The notes under the pieces: generated by a model
The model's database searches: none
Seen by the model: the letters and a program-made list of their open reading frames with translations, nothing else
What the model was told of the DNA's origin: nothing
Translations under genes and position numbers: made by a program
NCBI GenBank assembly: GCA_021613535.1
Contig: CP075492.1
Location: 7,936,001-8,000,000 of the forward strand
Direction of reading: 5' to 3'
DNA from: Adineta vaga
Taxonomy: Eukaryota; Animalia; Rotifera
Length of the DNA stretch: 64,000 nucleotides
Part shown: piece after piece, positions 10,897-28,123 of the stretch
Numbering within the stretch: the first letter of the stretch is position 1
Layout: each line of letters starts with the position of its first letter

Positions 10897-13267
10897 TGAG
10901 CAAGATTATTGACTTACGTTTTGCTTTCAATCTACAAAGTAGAATATACAATTAGACCTTCATTTATTGTTGATTTCGTTGTGCGAAACACATAGTATAT
11001 AAGACAATGATATGTATACTTATAAACAAAATTTAAGTATTCGAAGTTTTAACGTGTGAGAATGTAATCAAACAGTATCATTATACAATGATGATGATGT
11101 GCTTTAAATATCTATTCAAGAGTAATAGTATAGTTACACAAAATTATTTCTTCCATTATTAAGCAAAAGGAAGAATAATTTGTGCACGAATTAGCATTAT
11201 CCAAGAAAAGCAATATCGAAAAATCGTCTTTTTCATCTTGATGTTCGACCCATTCCGAGACTTCGAGATGATGTAATTCTATTGTTTAAAGATCCTAAGT
11301 GATTTGTAACTTAAATATAGCAGACGATTGAAAAATAATTAGCAAGGTCATATCTATCATTGCTGTTCGAGCATATCACTTCACACTTCAGTAGAGACTA
11401 TAGAGTAGATATTTAACTATTTCGACATTTTTATCTTTTACTTGCCAAAAACCAATAACATTCAAGCCATACGTATTTATTTCATATTGAAATTTGAAAA
11501 AAGAACTAAGACAAAAATATTTATTGTTTTAAAACAAATTTTTCCAATTGTAATATGAATTGGATAAATAAATAAATGCGTAAAAGTTTTTCATTTTAAC
11601 AGTTGATACATCCAGTAAATTGATGAAAAAATATAATTATAATATCGACTAGATGGCGATAGTGTCTAACACTCGTCTGACGTGCAACGGAGATTTTCGG
11701 AATGCTTTAACCATTTTAACTCTATAAAAAACATACAAATAAGAGTATTATAAACTTAACCGGATACATCTTTATTAGAACAAAAAATATTAATGACCAT
11801 AAATGTCGATAGGAAATCATGAATGAGAAACAAAAATGTTTAGCAATGATCTGTATTGACGTGTGTGAAAGATATTGAAATGGATTAAAATGTGTCATTC
11901 TAAATGAGAGAAAAAAGTTTGATATTAGTATACATTAAACGTGAAAGCACATATTACAAGATGGTATAGTAGTAATCGTGGTAATTGTACTAGTAAAGTT
12001 GTTGATTGTTTCAATAGTGGACGAGATGGACCCGTGGCAGTATACTCGTATTATTACTTGTTGTAGAGCTAGTTCTAATAGTTTCAGTGCTTGCACTTGA
12101 TTTAGTAGTTAGTTCTGATTCAGATAGAATAAAATTCTATTTTTAATACAAAGGTAATCAATTGACTACAATATTTCAAACTTTATCTAATCAAATCAGG
12201 TGAAATGATCTTACAAAACATTTAGTACTGTATTAAAAGTTTTTCATCAAATACATACGGTAAAATCCATATTACAACAGAAATCGTTGTAGAAGTTTCT
12301 GTAAAAAAAATTGTGATTTAAATAACGATATACGAAATGAAAAAAAATCGATTTGTAGACATATCTTATCAGTTGATAGTCAACAATAGATGTCACTTAT
12401 TTCGTGATCATTTTATTTTTCGATCTCAAATTGGAACATAAAAGTTTCCTAAGAATGATTATTTTTAGAAAAAAAAACATCATATCTACATTGATTATTA
12501 TTCTAAATAAGATTAGCTACATATTCCGGTTTCTTCTTTAGTAGTAATTCATTTACATAGTATACCAAGGAGGTAAGGGAAAGATGTTTTTCTTTCTTTT
12601 TTTTCACTAAATCAAATAGTTTATATGTCAACCTCGTTCTTATTATTTACCAAAAATCGATTTCTTTCATATACCTCGAAATTTCGATCGAACGACGCAA
12701 TTCGATTAGATAAAAATAACTATGATAGTACTTCAAGTATAAGTTATAACAATATTCTTTCGTCTGAATCTATAGAATATAGATTAATTTTCGAGATATA
12801 TCATTCGTATAAATACATATGAGAACTAGAGTATTTTTATCTATAAGAAAAAAAATATGTACTTTGTTTACAACATGATCTTATTTGATTATACGACTTT
12901 GTTTTAGAAAATAGTCACCTGGAAATTTTAAGGACATACTTTATTTATGCATGATATCATTGTATTTTTCTTATTATAAACAGAAGTGAGTTTCGTTTCT
13001 TTTTTTTCTCTCTTTCTTTTTTCGTTCTTTCTATCAACAACGGTTTCATCGTCAGTTTATTTTCATTTCTATCGCTTTTTAGTACTCTATAAAGGGTAAA
13101 TCAAGAAGAAAAACAAAAAGACAGACCCTCTTCTTTGTCGTTTTTCTTCGTCACGATTTTTGTCCTGGTTTTCTAGATAATTAATCTTTGAACTACTTTT
13201 CATTTCTTCATTCGAGTAAGAAACTTTCGACTTAGATCAAATCAATGTAAATCATTTGCGTTTTAGA

Positions 13268-14715
13268 ATGCCTCAATATTTATCTTCCGATAAAGAAAAA
13301 GAGTTGATGGAAACAGCTCAACAACTCATGGCTAAAGGCAAGGGTTTATTAGCAGCTGATGAATCAACTGGTAATAGGAAATAAAATCGTAATGAAACAT
13401 CTTTCTGTTTTGTTTTTCTTCTTCTATTCATTAGGTTCCATTGGTAAACGTTTACAACCCATCGGTCTTGAAAATAATGAAGAAAATCGTCGTCTCTATC
13501 GACAAATGCTGTTTACTGGTTCAAAAGATTTAGCTAATTCTATTTCTGGTGTAATCTTTTTTCATGAAACCTTCTATCAAGAAGATGATAATGGCAAACC
13601 ATTTCGACAAACCTTAAAAGAAAAAGGTATCATTCCAGGCATTAAAGTTGATAAAGGTCTTGTATTGTTGGCTGGTACTGATGGAGAAAATACAACACAA
13701 GGTCTTGATGGTCTTGGTGAACGTTGTGCGCAATATTATAAAGATGGTGCTCGTTTCGCTAAATGGCGTATGTAGTCTATTGAAACAAAGTGATTTGTTT
13801 TTTTGTGAACTTGAAATAATGAATTTATTTTCTTATAGGTTGTGCATTGAAAATTGGTGATGGTTTACCATCTGAATTAGGTATTCGAGAAACAGCCAAT
13901 GTTTTAGCACGTTATGCATCAATTTGTCAACAAGTAAGATAGAAAAAACTGGATGAATTCAGAATAGATAAATTTATATTTTTCTTTTCATCTATATTTA
14001 GAATGGTTTGGTACCTATTGTTGAACCAGAAGTAAATTTCATGATTTTCAATAGATTATTTCAATTCATTTTCTTTGATTTAGATATTACCAGAAGGTGA
14101 TCATGATTTAGAAACATGCCAACTTGTTACAGAAAAAGTATTAGCTCAAACATATAAATCTCTTAGTGAACATCATGTTTTCTTGGAAGGAACTTTACTT
14201 AAACCAAACATGGTTACTTCTGGTTTGTTTTGATTTTCTCATTGATACCGACAAAAACCAATTCTTTTCATACATAGGTTTTGATTGTAAGAAAAAAGCA
14301 ACACCAGAAGAGGTAGCACGTGCAACAGTCACAGCTTTACAAAGAACAGTACCCGTTGCCGTTCCAGGCATTTGCTTTCTTTCCGGTGGTCAATCAGAAG
14401 AAGAAGCATCTATTAATTTAAATGCAATTAATCAATATCCAGGCAAAAAACCATGGGCATTAACATTTAGTTATGGACGCGCTCTTCAAGCTAGTGTTCT
14501 CACTACATGGGCTGGCAAAGCAGAAAATAACTCAAGTGCACAAGAGCAACTTCTTAAACGTGCCCAAGTACGATGATAAATAAAGAGTTTGTTATTGTTT
14601 TTCATCTCTATTTGTACTATAGGCTAATGGTGCTGCAGCTAAAGGTGAATACAAAGGTGGTGTTAGTGGGTCAGCTGGTAAAGAATCATTATTCGAAGCT
14701 AATCGAAATTATTAA
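13268..14715 (+). CDS. ALDO: Class I fructose-bisphosphate aldolase, multi-exon, with spliced 5' UTR
   Basis: [45 protein letters not shown] (Schiff-base Lys), [22 protein letters not shown]-terminal Tyr. Confidence 0.97.
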
Positions 14716-15210
14716 GATTGATTTATTTTAATAACTGAAACATATATTATCCATAGATATATATATAAGTTTTCTTTTTGATTATCTTTTCAACTAGATT
14801 TATGATTTTTCAATAGAAAAAAACATTGGTTAATATTAAGTTTATTGTTTAGTTTTTGTTTTCTTGTGATTTTTATATTGTATTTGTTTTTGCTGGTGCA
14901 AACATCTGATTTGTGAAAAGGGTTATTTTGTCCGTGGAAATATATTAAAAGAAAAACAAAATCAAATATATTGTGAATTAACATGCGATATTATTTCAAG
15001 TATTCCTATATGAAGTATAGGTACATTACTTTGAATTAAATACGAGATTTCTAAGTGTATATTAAACATGTTGAAGTTATTTTTGGTCTTGAATATAACT
15101 ATTCTTGTAGATCGATTAAGGATGTTTTAATACTTAACAGTAGTTTGAAAAGTAAAGCGTCTAATTACTAGTATGAATTTACTTATTAAAAAAACATATA
15201 AAAAATTCAA

Positions 15211-18200
15211 TTAGTCAAAACATTGTTGTTGTCTTACAGGACATTTAAATGCTTGCGTAAATTCTGGCATATGATAAAGAGCAGCATTTAATGCTATTCT
15301 TTCATCGTAAATACCCAATTGCGTTCGTACTAATTGTAATAGGTCTTGTCTTTGATAACATTGTGTTTGAGCATAAGCAAGAAAGAATGTTTGTTCAGAT
15401 GTATAGTTTGTGCCTGGTATTTTCATTGGCTTCATCGAATCTATTTTCATTAGAGCACTGTGAGCAAAACGAAGTGCACCGATATGTCGAAGAGTAGTGG
15501 GAGAAAATGGTTCACCAGCTAATCGAACTTGAATTTGAGCACCATTTATATTATAACTAACAGATTTCACATCATTTACATAATAATCTGTTATGCAATT
15601 ACGACTTTTATTATAGGCATCGATGGTAGGTGCTGCCCACCAATCATATCGTGTTCCATTTGCTAAATGTGCACGACCTAGAATTTATTGGCAATTATTT
15701 CACAATAACGATTGGTAGATTTACTTACCTTCGGGACCATCAATACTAGCGAAAAGCTTTTGAGCTAGAAGAACACCTATTGATCCAATATTTACAGACC
15801 TAAAAGAACGAAAATTACTTTTTATAAAACGAAACAGAAAGGATCTGTGCAGATGTATACAATGGCCATTGTGAACTAACAAGTGGTTCATGTAATCCAC
15901 TAGCAATAACAAAAAGTTGATTGAAAACAGCAATATAATCAAACAATCGACTTGGTCGTGATTCAAATAAATCCCAATGATCCAGTACCATTGGATTTTC
16001 TAATGAAGCTGATAAACTCCATCGATGAAAACGTTGATAATTAATGGCATTTAAGAAATGGGATTCATCCGTAACAGGAAACTAAAAAATTTCATTTATC
16101 ACACTATTTCTAAGAAAAAAAAAATAAGGAACTTCATTTCACCGACTTGTTCATAATATTTGTTTAACGATTCATCATCAGATGCAATTTTCGCATAACC
16201 AATTGCTGCAGTCAATGCATTGACTTTTTCTTTTGCAACATTTTTTGTTACTTCATCTGGCATCCATGTTGCACGATTGTTAACATAGTCTTTGAATCCA
16301 TCTTTTAATGCATTAAAAATAGTTTCTACCTAATAACAAATCAAAAGTTTATTTTGTATTTAAATAGAAGAAAGCGTTTTACAGTGGCTACGGCACTGCC
16401 CGATCGAGTAGAATTCATTGTGTATAAACGTTGAATAGCTAGTGGAAATCGACGAATAATTTCACGTGTACAATAAGCTTCATTTGTTGTATGAAGTGTA
16501 TAACCAAAGTAAGCTGCAAGATATGTTCGATGTGCATGAATATAATCATATGCTAGGTCATCTATATAAGTCCAGAGAAGACGCCAACGTAAATAATTAT
16601 GTATCATTCGTGAAACTAATGGGCTAAATTAAAAGAATTCTTAGAAATTGAAAAAAAAACAAAAGAGAGGAAATCGTTGTACTCATTATTCTGGGTGAAA
16701 TATTGAAACGCTTCCATAAAATAAAATCTGTTGGTTACATAAACAGGTGTTAAAATTGAAATAGCATCTGGATTGGATAATTCATGTCCCATCAATGCCT
16801 TGAAATCAAACTACGAGGAAAATAACATAGTTCATTCGTTATTTCATAGCATTTATATTTACTTGAAATTCATCTGACATATCCTTTAAATTAGTTATGT
16901 AAGGTTTACTATTCGTAGGATTACGCTGAAGAATCTAAAAGGAATAGAATAGAATAGATTATTCCATTGGTGTCAATAATATTGATAGACATACTTCAGC
17001 AAGTTTGTACTCAACAGTCAATACATCAGTGGCAATAGTAAGTGTTCGATCGCTGAGATTTTCATCTTTAATACCTGATCACGAGCAAGTAAACCTAATA
17101 CTTCAAGCATATAAAATTGATAAGCTGCACGACGCTAGAACAATAAGAATTATTAAAATATTTTCTAATAATAACTTCATAGTGAGATATTTTTTATGTG
17201 TCTTACAAAACGAACGAAGATATTTTAGATGTCAGAGAAAAGTATGTTTAAGAATTTGCATTGAATTAACTTACCGATTCCGACACACTGTTATTTCCGA
17301 GATAATCATTGATTTCCATTGATAGACCAGCTGGATAGAACTAAAATAAAATAGATTCTAACAAATTGAAAATTTTTATTACGAATTTTCGTACTTCAAG
17401 TCGTTTAATACTTGAATCCGTTTCATCGAATCTTGTACGTATACCAAAAATAGTTCCAGCACCTAATGAAAATCATTTCATATATAATCTCGTTTATCTC
17501 ATATCTCATCACTTACCAAAATCTCCATGAATATGTGAGAGTTGTGTATACAGTGTTTGATTTTTTAGTAGAAATTTTTGACTAGCATTCGGTGCACTAT
17601 TATCTAATAGAAACCATCCATTGATAGTGTCTTCATTTTGTATAAGTCCGATCATATATTTCGGACTATCTGGTAAACGTGCATAATCATCAAGACATTC
17701 AGAATAATAAGTCTAGATAACAAAAGAAGACATTTGTTTTCTTCACTGAAAAAAGAAAAATCAATTCAACAAACTTTCAGTTTATATTCCCAATGTTGAT
17801 CATCTTTTTGGATAATTGGTGAATTCAGAAGACGTTCAATTTCTATATCACGTCGATCAAGTATATCACCAAGAATCGTTCGTTCTACTTCATAGGATTC
17901 AATAGGATGTGTTTGTTGCCAACCACCACATGCATACGTATAAAAATCTGAACATATATTTGATACTAATGAACTATCTAGAGATCGTAATTGATATGTT
18001 GCTGCTGATATACATCCTTGTGTAAGACACACTTCCGTTTTAATCGTACTTGGATTTGTATTATCATTTGATTTATTTTTGTGTCCTTGTACAATCGCAG
18101 TTACAAGTAATGAAAATGAAAGTAAACCAAGAAATACATAGGCAATAATATAAAGATGTGTGCGAGTCAAACGATTAAAAAATCCACCAGTTGTCCGATT

Positions 18201-18236
18201 AGATGTCTGTCGAGTATTTGTTTCTATATTCTCCAT
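15211..18236 (-). CDS. Neprilysin/ECE (M13)-like type II membrane protein lacking catalytic residues; one apparent 1-bp frameshift near 17077
   Basis: N-terminal TM, VCLTQGC, CSDFYTYACGGW, NYLRWR, DWW, QTFFLAYAQTQC, PEFTQAFKCP; HEXXH position reads QKLFA. Confidence 0.88.
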
Positions 18237-18639
18237 GAATTATTCTTTTTTGACGATGAGTGTCTCTTCTTTTTATTTCAAACAACTGAATAATATATCT
18301 ATTCTACTTGTGTGAAGTTAAAAGATAACAAGATAATGCTATATAAATATACTTTAACTACCGAAATTGCAGTATTTCTTTGCCTTCTTTCTCACTCTCT
18401 GACTTATTCACAAGGTAGATAACAAAAAAAACGAAAGAAATCTTCTCACATGTGAACGTTTTTATTCGTGTCTTTATCAAATATCTTCTAGAAAAATCGA
18501 TGTCTGATTTCCTTGAATATTTGTTTTCCTAAGAGAAATTTTTATTTGAACAACAACAACAACAAGAATATTGTCAGATAGACGCACACAAATACAGATG
18601 AAAAAAAATCTATTTGACAGTCATTTGATATTTGTTCGT

Positions 18640-22754
<4,115 letters not shown>

Positions 22755-24626
22755 ATTAAAAGAATAAACAACTACGTTCAATCTAGAACAACAACAATAA
22801 ACGAAGGTCAAACGATTGCTAATCGCTATTTAAACAATCTAGAAAATAAAGATCATCGATTGAACTTTTGAGTATTTGATTAAATAGTTTGTTCAATCTA
22901 GTGCCTTTCTGTTGAATAGAAGATTAGACTAGTACAAAAACGAATTGTCTTAAGTTTATTTCATTAGTATTCAATTTCAATAGACGTTCTTGTCACTATC
23001 GAATAAATAGAAATCAAATCTTCTTTCTTCTCTCTGTCTATGAATCATTAAAAAAAAGAATTTCAATATTTTGTTTGATCATAAAGAAAGGGGGGGGGGA
23101 GACAACTTGAAAGTTATCTTGTTGCAGAAAATGTAATGAAGAATACAAGGCGAAAGAAGAAATTTGATATAAATGATTATGCAAGAATAACAACAAGCAT
23201 TTAATCCCAACAACGACTCGTCGACGACAACAGAACATTCAGTTATGATTGCATCATACAATATTTCTTCTTCTCTCTTTTTTTTAACAGCTAGTTCAAT
23301 GTCTGAATGAAGAAATATATTTGATCAATTGTAAGTAGTCAATTTCAAACGAAGTTCAAGTGAAGAAGAAGAAGAAGAGGAGAAGGAAGAAATACTCTGT
23401 AAGTGAAACCATGTTTGTTCACATTCATCTTTTTTTTCTTTTTCATTTACAGAACAACAGAAGAAATCATCAAAAATTAACAACAAATAGAATTCTGTCG
23501 GAATAATCACGATAATCATTGAATATAGAATTGTGATTATCATCAACCTTCAGGATACTTCATTTTTCTCTTCATCTTCTTCTTCTTCTTCTTCTTTTCT
23601 CTCATTGACATCACTTTGCTCTGTCTCTTTCGCTTCATATTTAATCTATATATACACACACACACATTTATTCTCGTATATGTACACCACTCCCCGATAA
23701 TTTGTTGTATCGTCTATGCATATATCTAGCACCACTGTCGTCGAAATATAATGTATGCATTTCAACTCGGATGGACATGTACATAGAAGAGTGAAGGAGA
23801 ATATTTATATTTATATATAAATCTGAAGGAAAAAACGTTTCATATATACATATATAAACATAAATATCAAAGAACTTTCTTCTCAAAGTAAGGAATAGTT
23901 ATAGGTTTATTACTACTATCACTTCTATACTTCACAGCAGGAGTCGATTTGAAAAGAAAAGGAGAATTTTACACATAAATGTTCGATAAAATGTCCCTCA
24001 ATTGAAGGCGCGTCATTTGATGACATTTGATCTTCAAAAAAAAAATCAGATTAAACTCGAGATATTAAATAAATTTGTCCGTGTCGTTCGTCATTTGTAT
24101 TTCATAGTCTATGAATAACGTATCGTCATGAAATGAGCTCGAAAACAGGATAACAAAACAAAGTTACCCTTTAAAAAAATGAAGACCACCCCCTAACATA
24201 AATAATTCCATGTTTTTCTCATTTACATAGATTAAATGTATCACACAATTTTTCATTTTCTAGTCAGTTTTTAGCAAAAGAAAAACAATTGTTCATTGAA
24301 AAAATCAACATCCTAACAGGTAAGTGACAGTTCTTGAGTAAACATCGACAATTTCTTATTGTTTTTTTCCTTCGATAGTTCATTCAACATGTATCGAACA
24401 GTTGAAGAAGATTTACAAATAACAAAGAACTCACAACGAAATGATAATCAACTACCATTTTATTTATCACATGATAATCATCAACAAATAAAAGCCGCTC
24501 TCTATTATGAAACAGATCCTTCATTAACATCGAGTAGACCATCTTCTCCTTTGGCTATACTTTTAAATAACAATCATGAACATGTTAAAAGTGTCGATCA
24601 TTCTTCTACTACTATTAACCGATACA

Positions 24627-26261
24627 ATGCCAGTGGCACCATCAACATCGTCTACTTGTAAAACTTCAACGAATATCACTTCACGTTCATCGCGTATTCG
24701 TTCGAGTACCATTTATATCGATGAAATTCATACAACTCAAAAAGAAGGTGAAAAACGTGAATTAGATACATTGAATGATCGTTTTGGTAATTATTTGGAT
24801 AAGATAAAACAACTTGCAAATATTAATACAAATCTTCGTCAACAAGTTGATCAAGCTTATAGAAAATATATTGGACATACTGAAGAAGAACAAGAATGTA
24901 ATCGAAAGAATTCTGTAAAAAAATATCAACATCCATGTGAAATTCAATTGAATCGTTTACGTAAACAAATCAATGAAGAAGTACGTGCACAAACGGTCCT
25001 ACAAATTCGTATACAACGAGCCGATTTTGATAGTAAATTTTATCAAAATAATATTAAATTATTAACAACACATGATCAAAAACAATCGGAACAAATCCGA
25101 CAAATGCGACAACAATTAGATGTTAATATACAAGAATTGGAACACCTCAAACGACAATATGAAAGACAAGAAAAAGATTTAAATGTAAGATAAAAGAAAT
25201 AGATATATGTTCTATATTTTGTTTTTAGACTTACAAATCTCAATATTCTGAATATATGGAAAAATTAATGAAATTTTCCAAAGAATACGATATGATTGCT
25301 TATGAACGAATGGAAAATGAAAATACTCTTTGTACACTTCGAGAACAGTTTTCATTCGAACAGGAATTTTATCGACGATGCCAAGAAGAATTTGAATATT
25401 TAGAAAAGATTCAATATGATTTTAATAAACACTTCAATCAAACAGAATTTCAACACATTGTTGAACAAATTCGGTTTGTTTATTTGTTGTCTTTCGTTTG
25501 ATTTATCTATTTATTGATTTGTTTGATTATTTAGTCAAGATTATCAAGAATTTAATCGAATACGTTTAAGTGAATTAGAGAAATTATATCATATCAAATT
25601 AGATACAATTCGAAATGAATTCATTAAACGTCAAGAACAACAAGAAATTGTTAAGCCTCAAGAAATTCATTTAACTTTAGAATCAACAAAGAAAGAATAT
25701 CAAACATTAACTGAACAGAATCGATTACTTAAAGATAAATTAGGTAAATATCAATGAGATTTGATATTCAATAAAGTTTTCTTTTCTCATCTAGAACAAC
25801 TTCAACATGATTTACATCATATTACTGAACAAAACCATCAACGATATGAATTATCCGATCGAGAATATAAACAATTACAAACAGAAATACCTGAATTAGA
25901 TTCAATTATCGTTCATTTACGTGAAAATGCAGTTAATCTTTGGTCAGAAATCAACACTTATAAATATCTATTAACTAACCTAATTCCATCAACGAATAAG
26001 AAATCTATACCAGCATCACCTGTAGTATCTATTAGTAAACTGGTACCTATCGAAAAACAGACAACGACATCAACAACAACAACAACCACTGAGAAGATTC
26101 GTACACCATCACCACCACCACCACCAAAGCCCATTGTTAGTAAAATAACAACGACAACAACAGTAGCTACAAAAGCGAAATCTTCTTCTCGACAGTATCG
26201 CGATGAAACAACTGGTTTCATCGTACATATCGAAGATGGAATTATTTGGGTGCGAATATAA
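24627..26261 (+). CDS. Cytoplasmic intermediate-filament-like protein; exons 24627-25184, 25229-25473, 25535-25743, 25795-26261 (start uncertain)
   Basis: Rod-start motif EKRELDTLNDRFGNYLDKIKQL and rod-end motif LWSEINTYKYLL about 350 aa apart; 492 aa from ATG 24627. Confidence 0.8.
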
Positions 26262-26571
26262 ACATTAGATAAAATATACATATATCTATATGTTTAGAGA
26301 GAGAAAAAAACCTATTCATTTGAATTTAGTATTAGTATGTATGTATGTATATGTGTGCTTGCTTTGTTTTAGTTATATATGAATATTATTTAAACAAAAG
26401 GAAAACATGTTACTTACTTTCTAATGAAGATTGATCAATCGAGATGAATTTTCTGTTAAACGTTTACTTATCTGAAAAAGGAATAGCACATACATATTTC
26501 GTATAGTTAAGATCCGATACACGAAAAAAAACAACAATTGTTCATCTTTATTTCTTTTTACAAAAACAATA

Positions 26572-27873
26572 TTATGGATATTTTGATTTCTTCTTTGATC
26601 CTTCAGCATTCATACGAAGGATATCGCCAGGTGAAGGATATGGACGCATTTGAAATAATTCGCCAGTTGCTGTTTCATCGGCACCAGTTTTAGCTTTACC
26701 TTTCAAATCAAGACCAGTTGCCCAAGTACCTCTAGAGCAAAAAGATTAAACGAATCTAAACTGAAATACCACTTACCGTGGAACATCAGAATATGACGAG
26801 GGATCCATCTAAAAGAAAGGACATGTTTGTTTTTGTTTTGTTTTGTTTTTGTAAAGAGAACTTACTGGATCAGCATCATAAGTAAGCATTTTCCCAGCTG
26901 AAAATGAACAAAAATATACGATGAATATAAATACGTGAGATTTACTAACCGATTTTTCGTTTTAATTTTTGTACAGGATTTAAATCTTCTTCATCCGTAT
27001 CAGATCGTTCTCCACCCTAAAATATTAAGTTTTAAGACTAACTTTATTAGTCTTCAAATGACTTACATCCTCTTTGTTTTTCTTCTTCTTTTTCTTTTTC
27101 GATGGTCCAGCTGTTTGTCGTTGCGCTTCAATTGCTTTTTTTTCCATCTCTTTATCTAAAACGAAAACTCAATGAAAAATTCAATATATATAGTCATTTA
27201 TTCTTACGTCTGAGTTTAAGAGCTGATTCAGTAATATGTGATCTTGGATGAGAAGGTGGTAACCATGATACTTCATCAGTTTCTAAATTCCAATAATAAC
27301 ATCGATCAATATTAGCATCTGGCACTTCACGCCAATTGCTTGGTAATGGATATTTTTTCAACATTTTTCGACGTCGTTTTTCTGTGATAGAATCTGGTGT
27401 ATAGTTTTTCAAACCATATCTTCGAAAGGAAAAAGAGAATTAACTTTTTGTAAGAATACGACCGAGTTTTTACCGTTTTTTACAATAATCAACACATGTA
27501 TGATATGGATTCCATTTATTCGGACATTTAATACAGTCTTCAACGTCAATTTGAATATCTGCTGCTGAAAAATTACTTGCCGTGGGCTATAAAGAAAATA
27601 AGTGTGATATGTTAATCTTTGTTTTTGATTGAGAAAATATACTTTTTTCGTTATTGTTGCTGTAGAAGTCGACTGTTGATCATCACGTTCATCATAACTT
27701 TCAGCAAAGACTTCTTCATTGTCATTATCATTTTCTGCACTGGCATCTTTAAAAGAATTTGATAGAAAAATTTTCATGACAAAGAAATACAAACCGATTG
27801 CAGCATTTATATTCGAAGCATTAAGAATACCTCGTTCAATCAAACGTGCCTGAAGTGCAGACGAAAGTGGCAT
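26572..27873 (-). CDS. PQBP1: Polyglutamine-binding protein 1, many small exons
   Basis: [32 protein letters not shown] domain [52 protein letters not shown]. Confidence 0.94.
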
Positions 27874-28123
27874 TTCTAATTGAGAAATGAAATAATTTTC
27901 ACAATGTAATTTCATTCGTATCGATCTTATTGGTCAAATTCAATCAACCAACCATAAATAAACATAAAATAATCAATTTTAAAACTAAAAAATAATTTCT
28001 TTGAATTTCAATATCGTAAAGTTTCATGTTTAGAAACTTTAGTTTTTATTATTATCTCTAACGCCATCTATGTGGCAACTGACCATCGTCACAGACAAGA
28101 ACGGTACATTTACTGACTGATTG

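Noticed and set aside
17005-17322. 105-aa plus-strand ORF
   Set aside because: Antisense to neprilysin-like exons and intron; no homology signal.
24576-24630. Signal-peptide-like MNMLKVSIILLLLLT on the intermediate-filament ORF
   Set aside because: IF proteins are cytoplasmic; the Leu run derives from a CTT/CTA-rich stretch that reads SSTTI in the overlapping frame.
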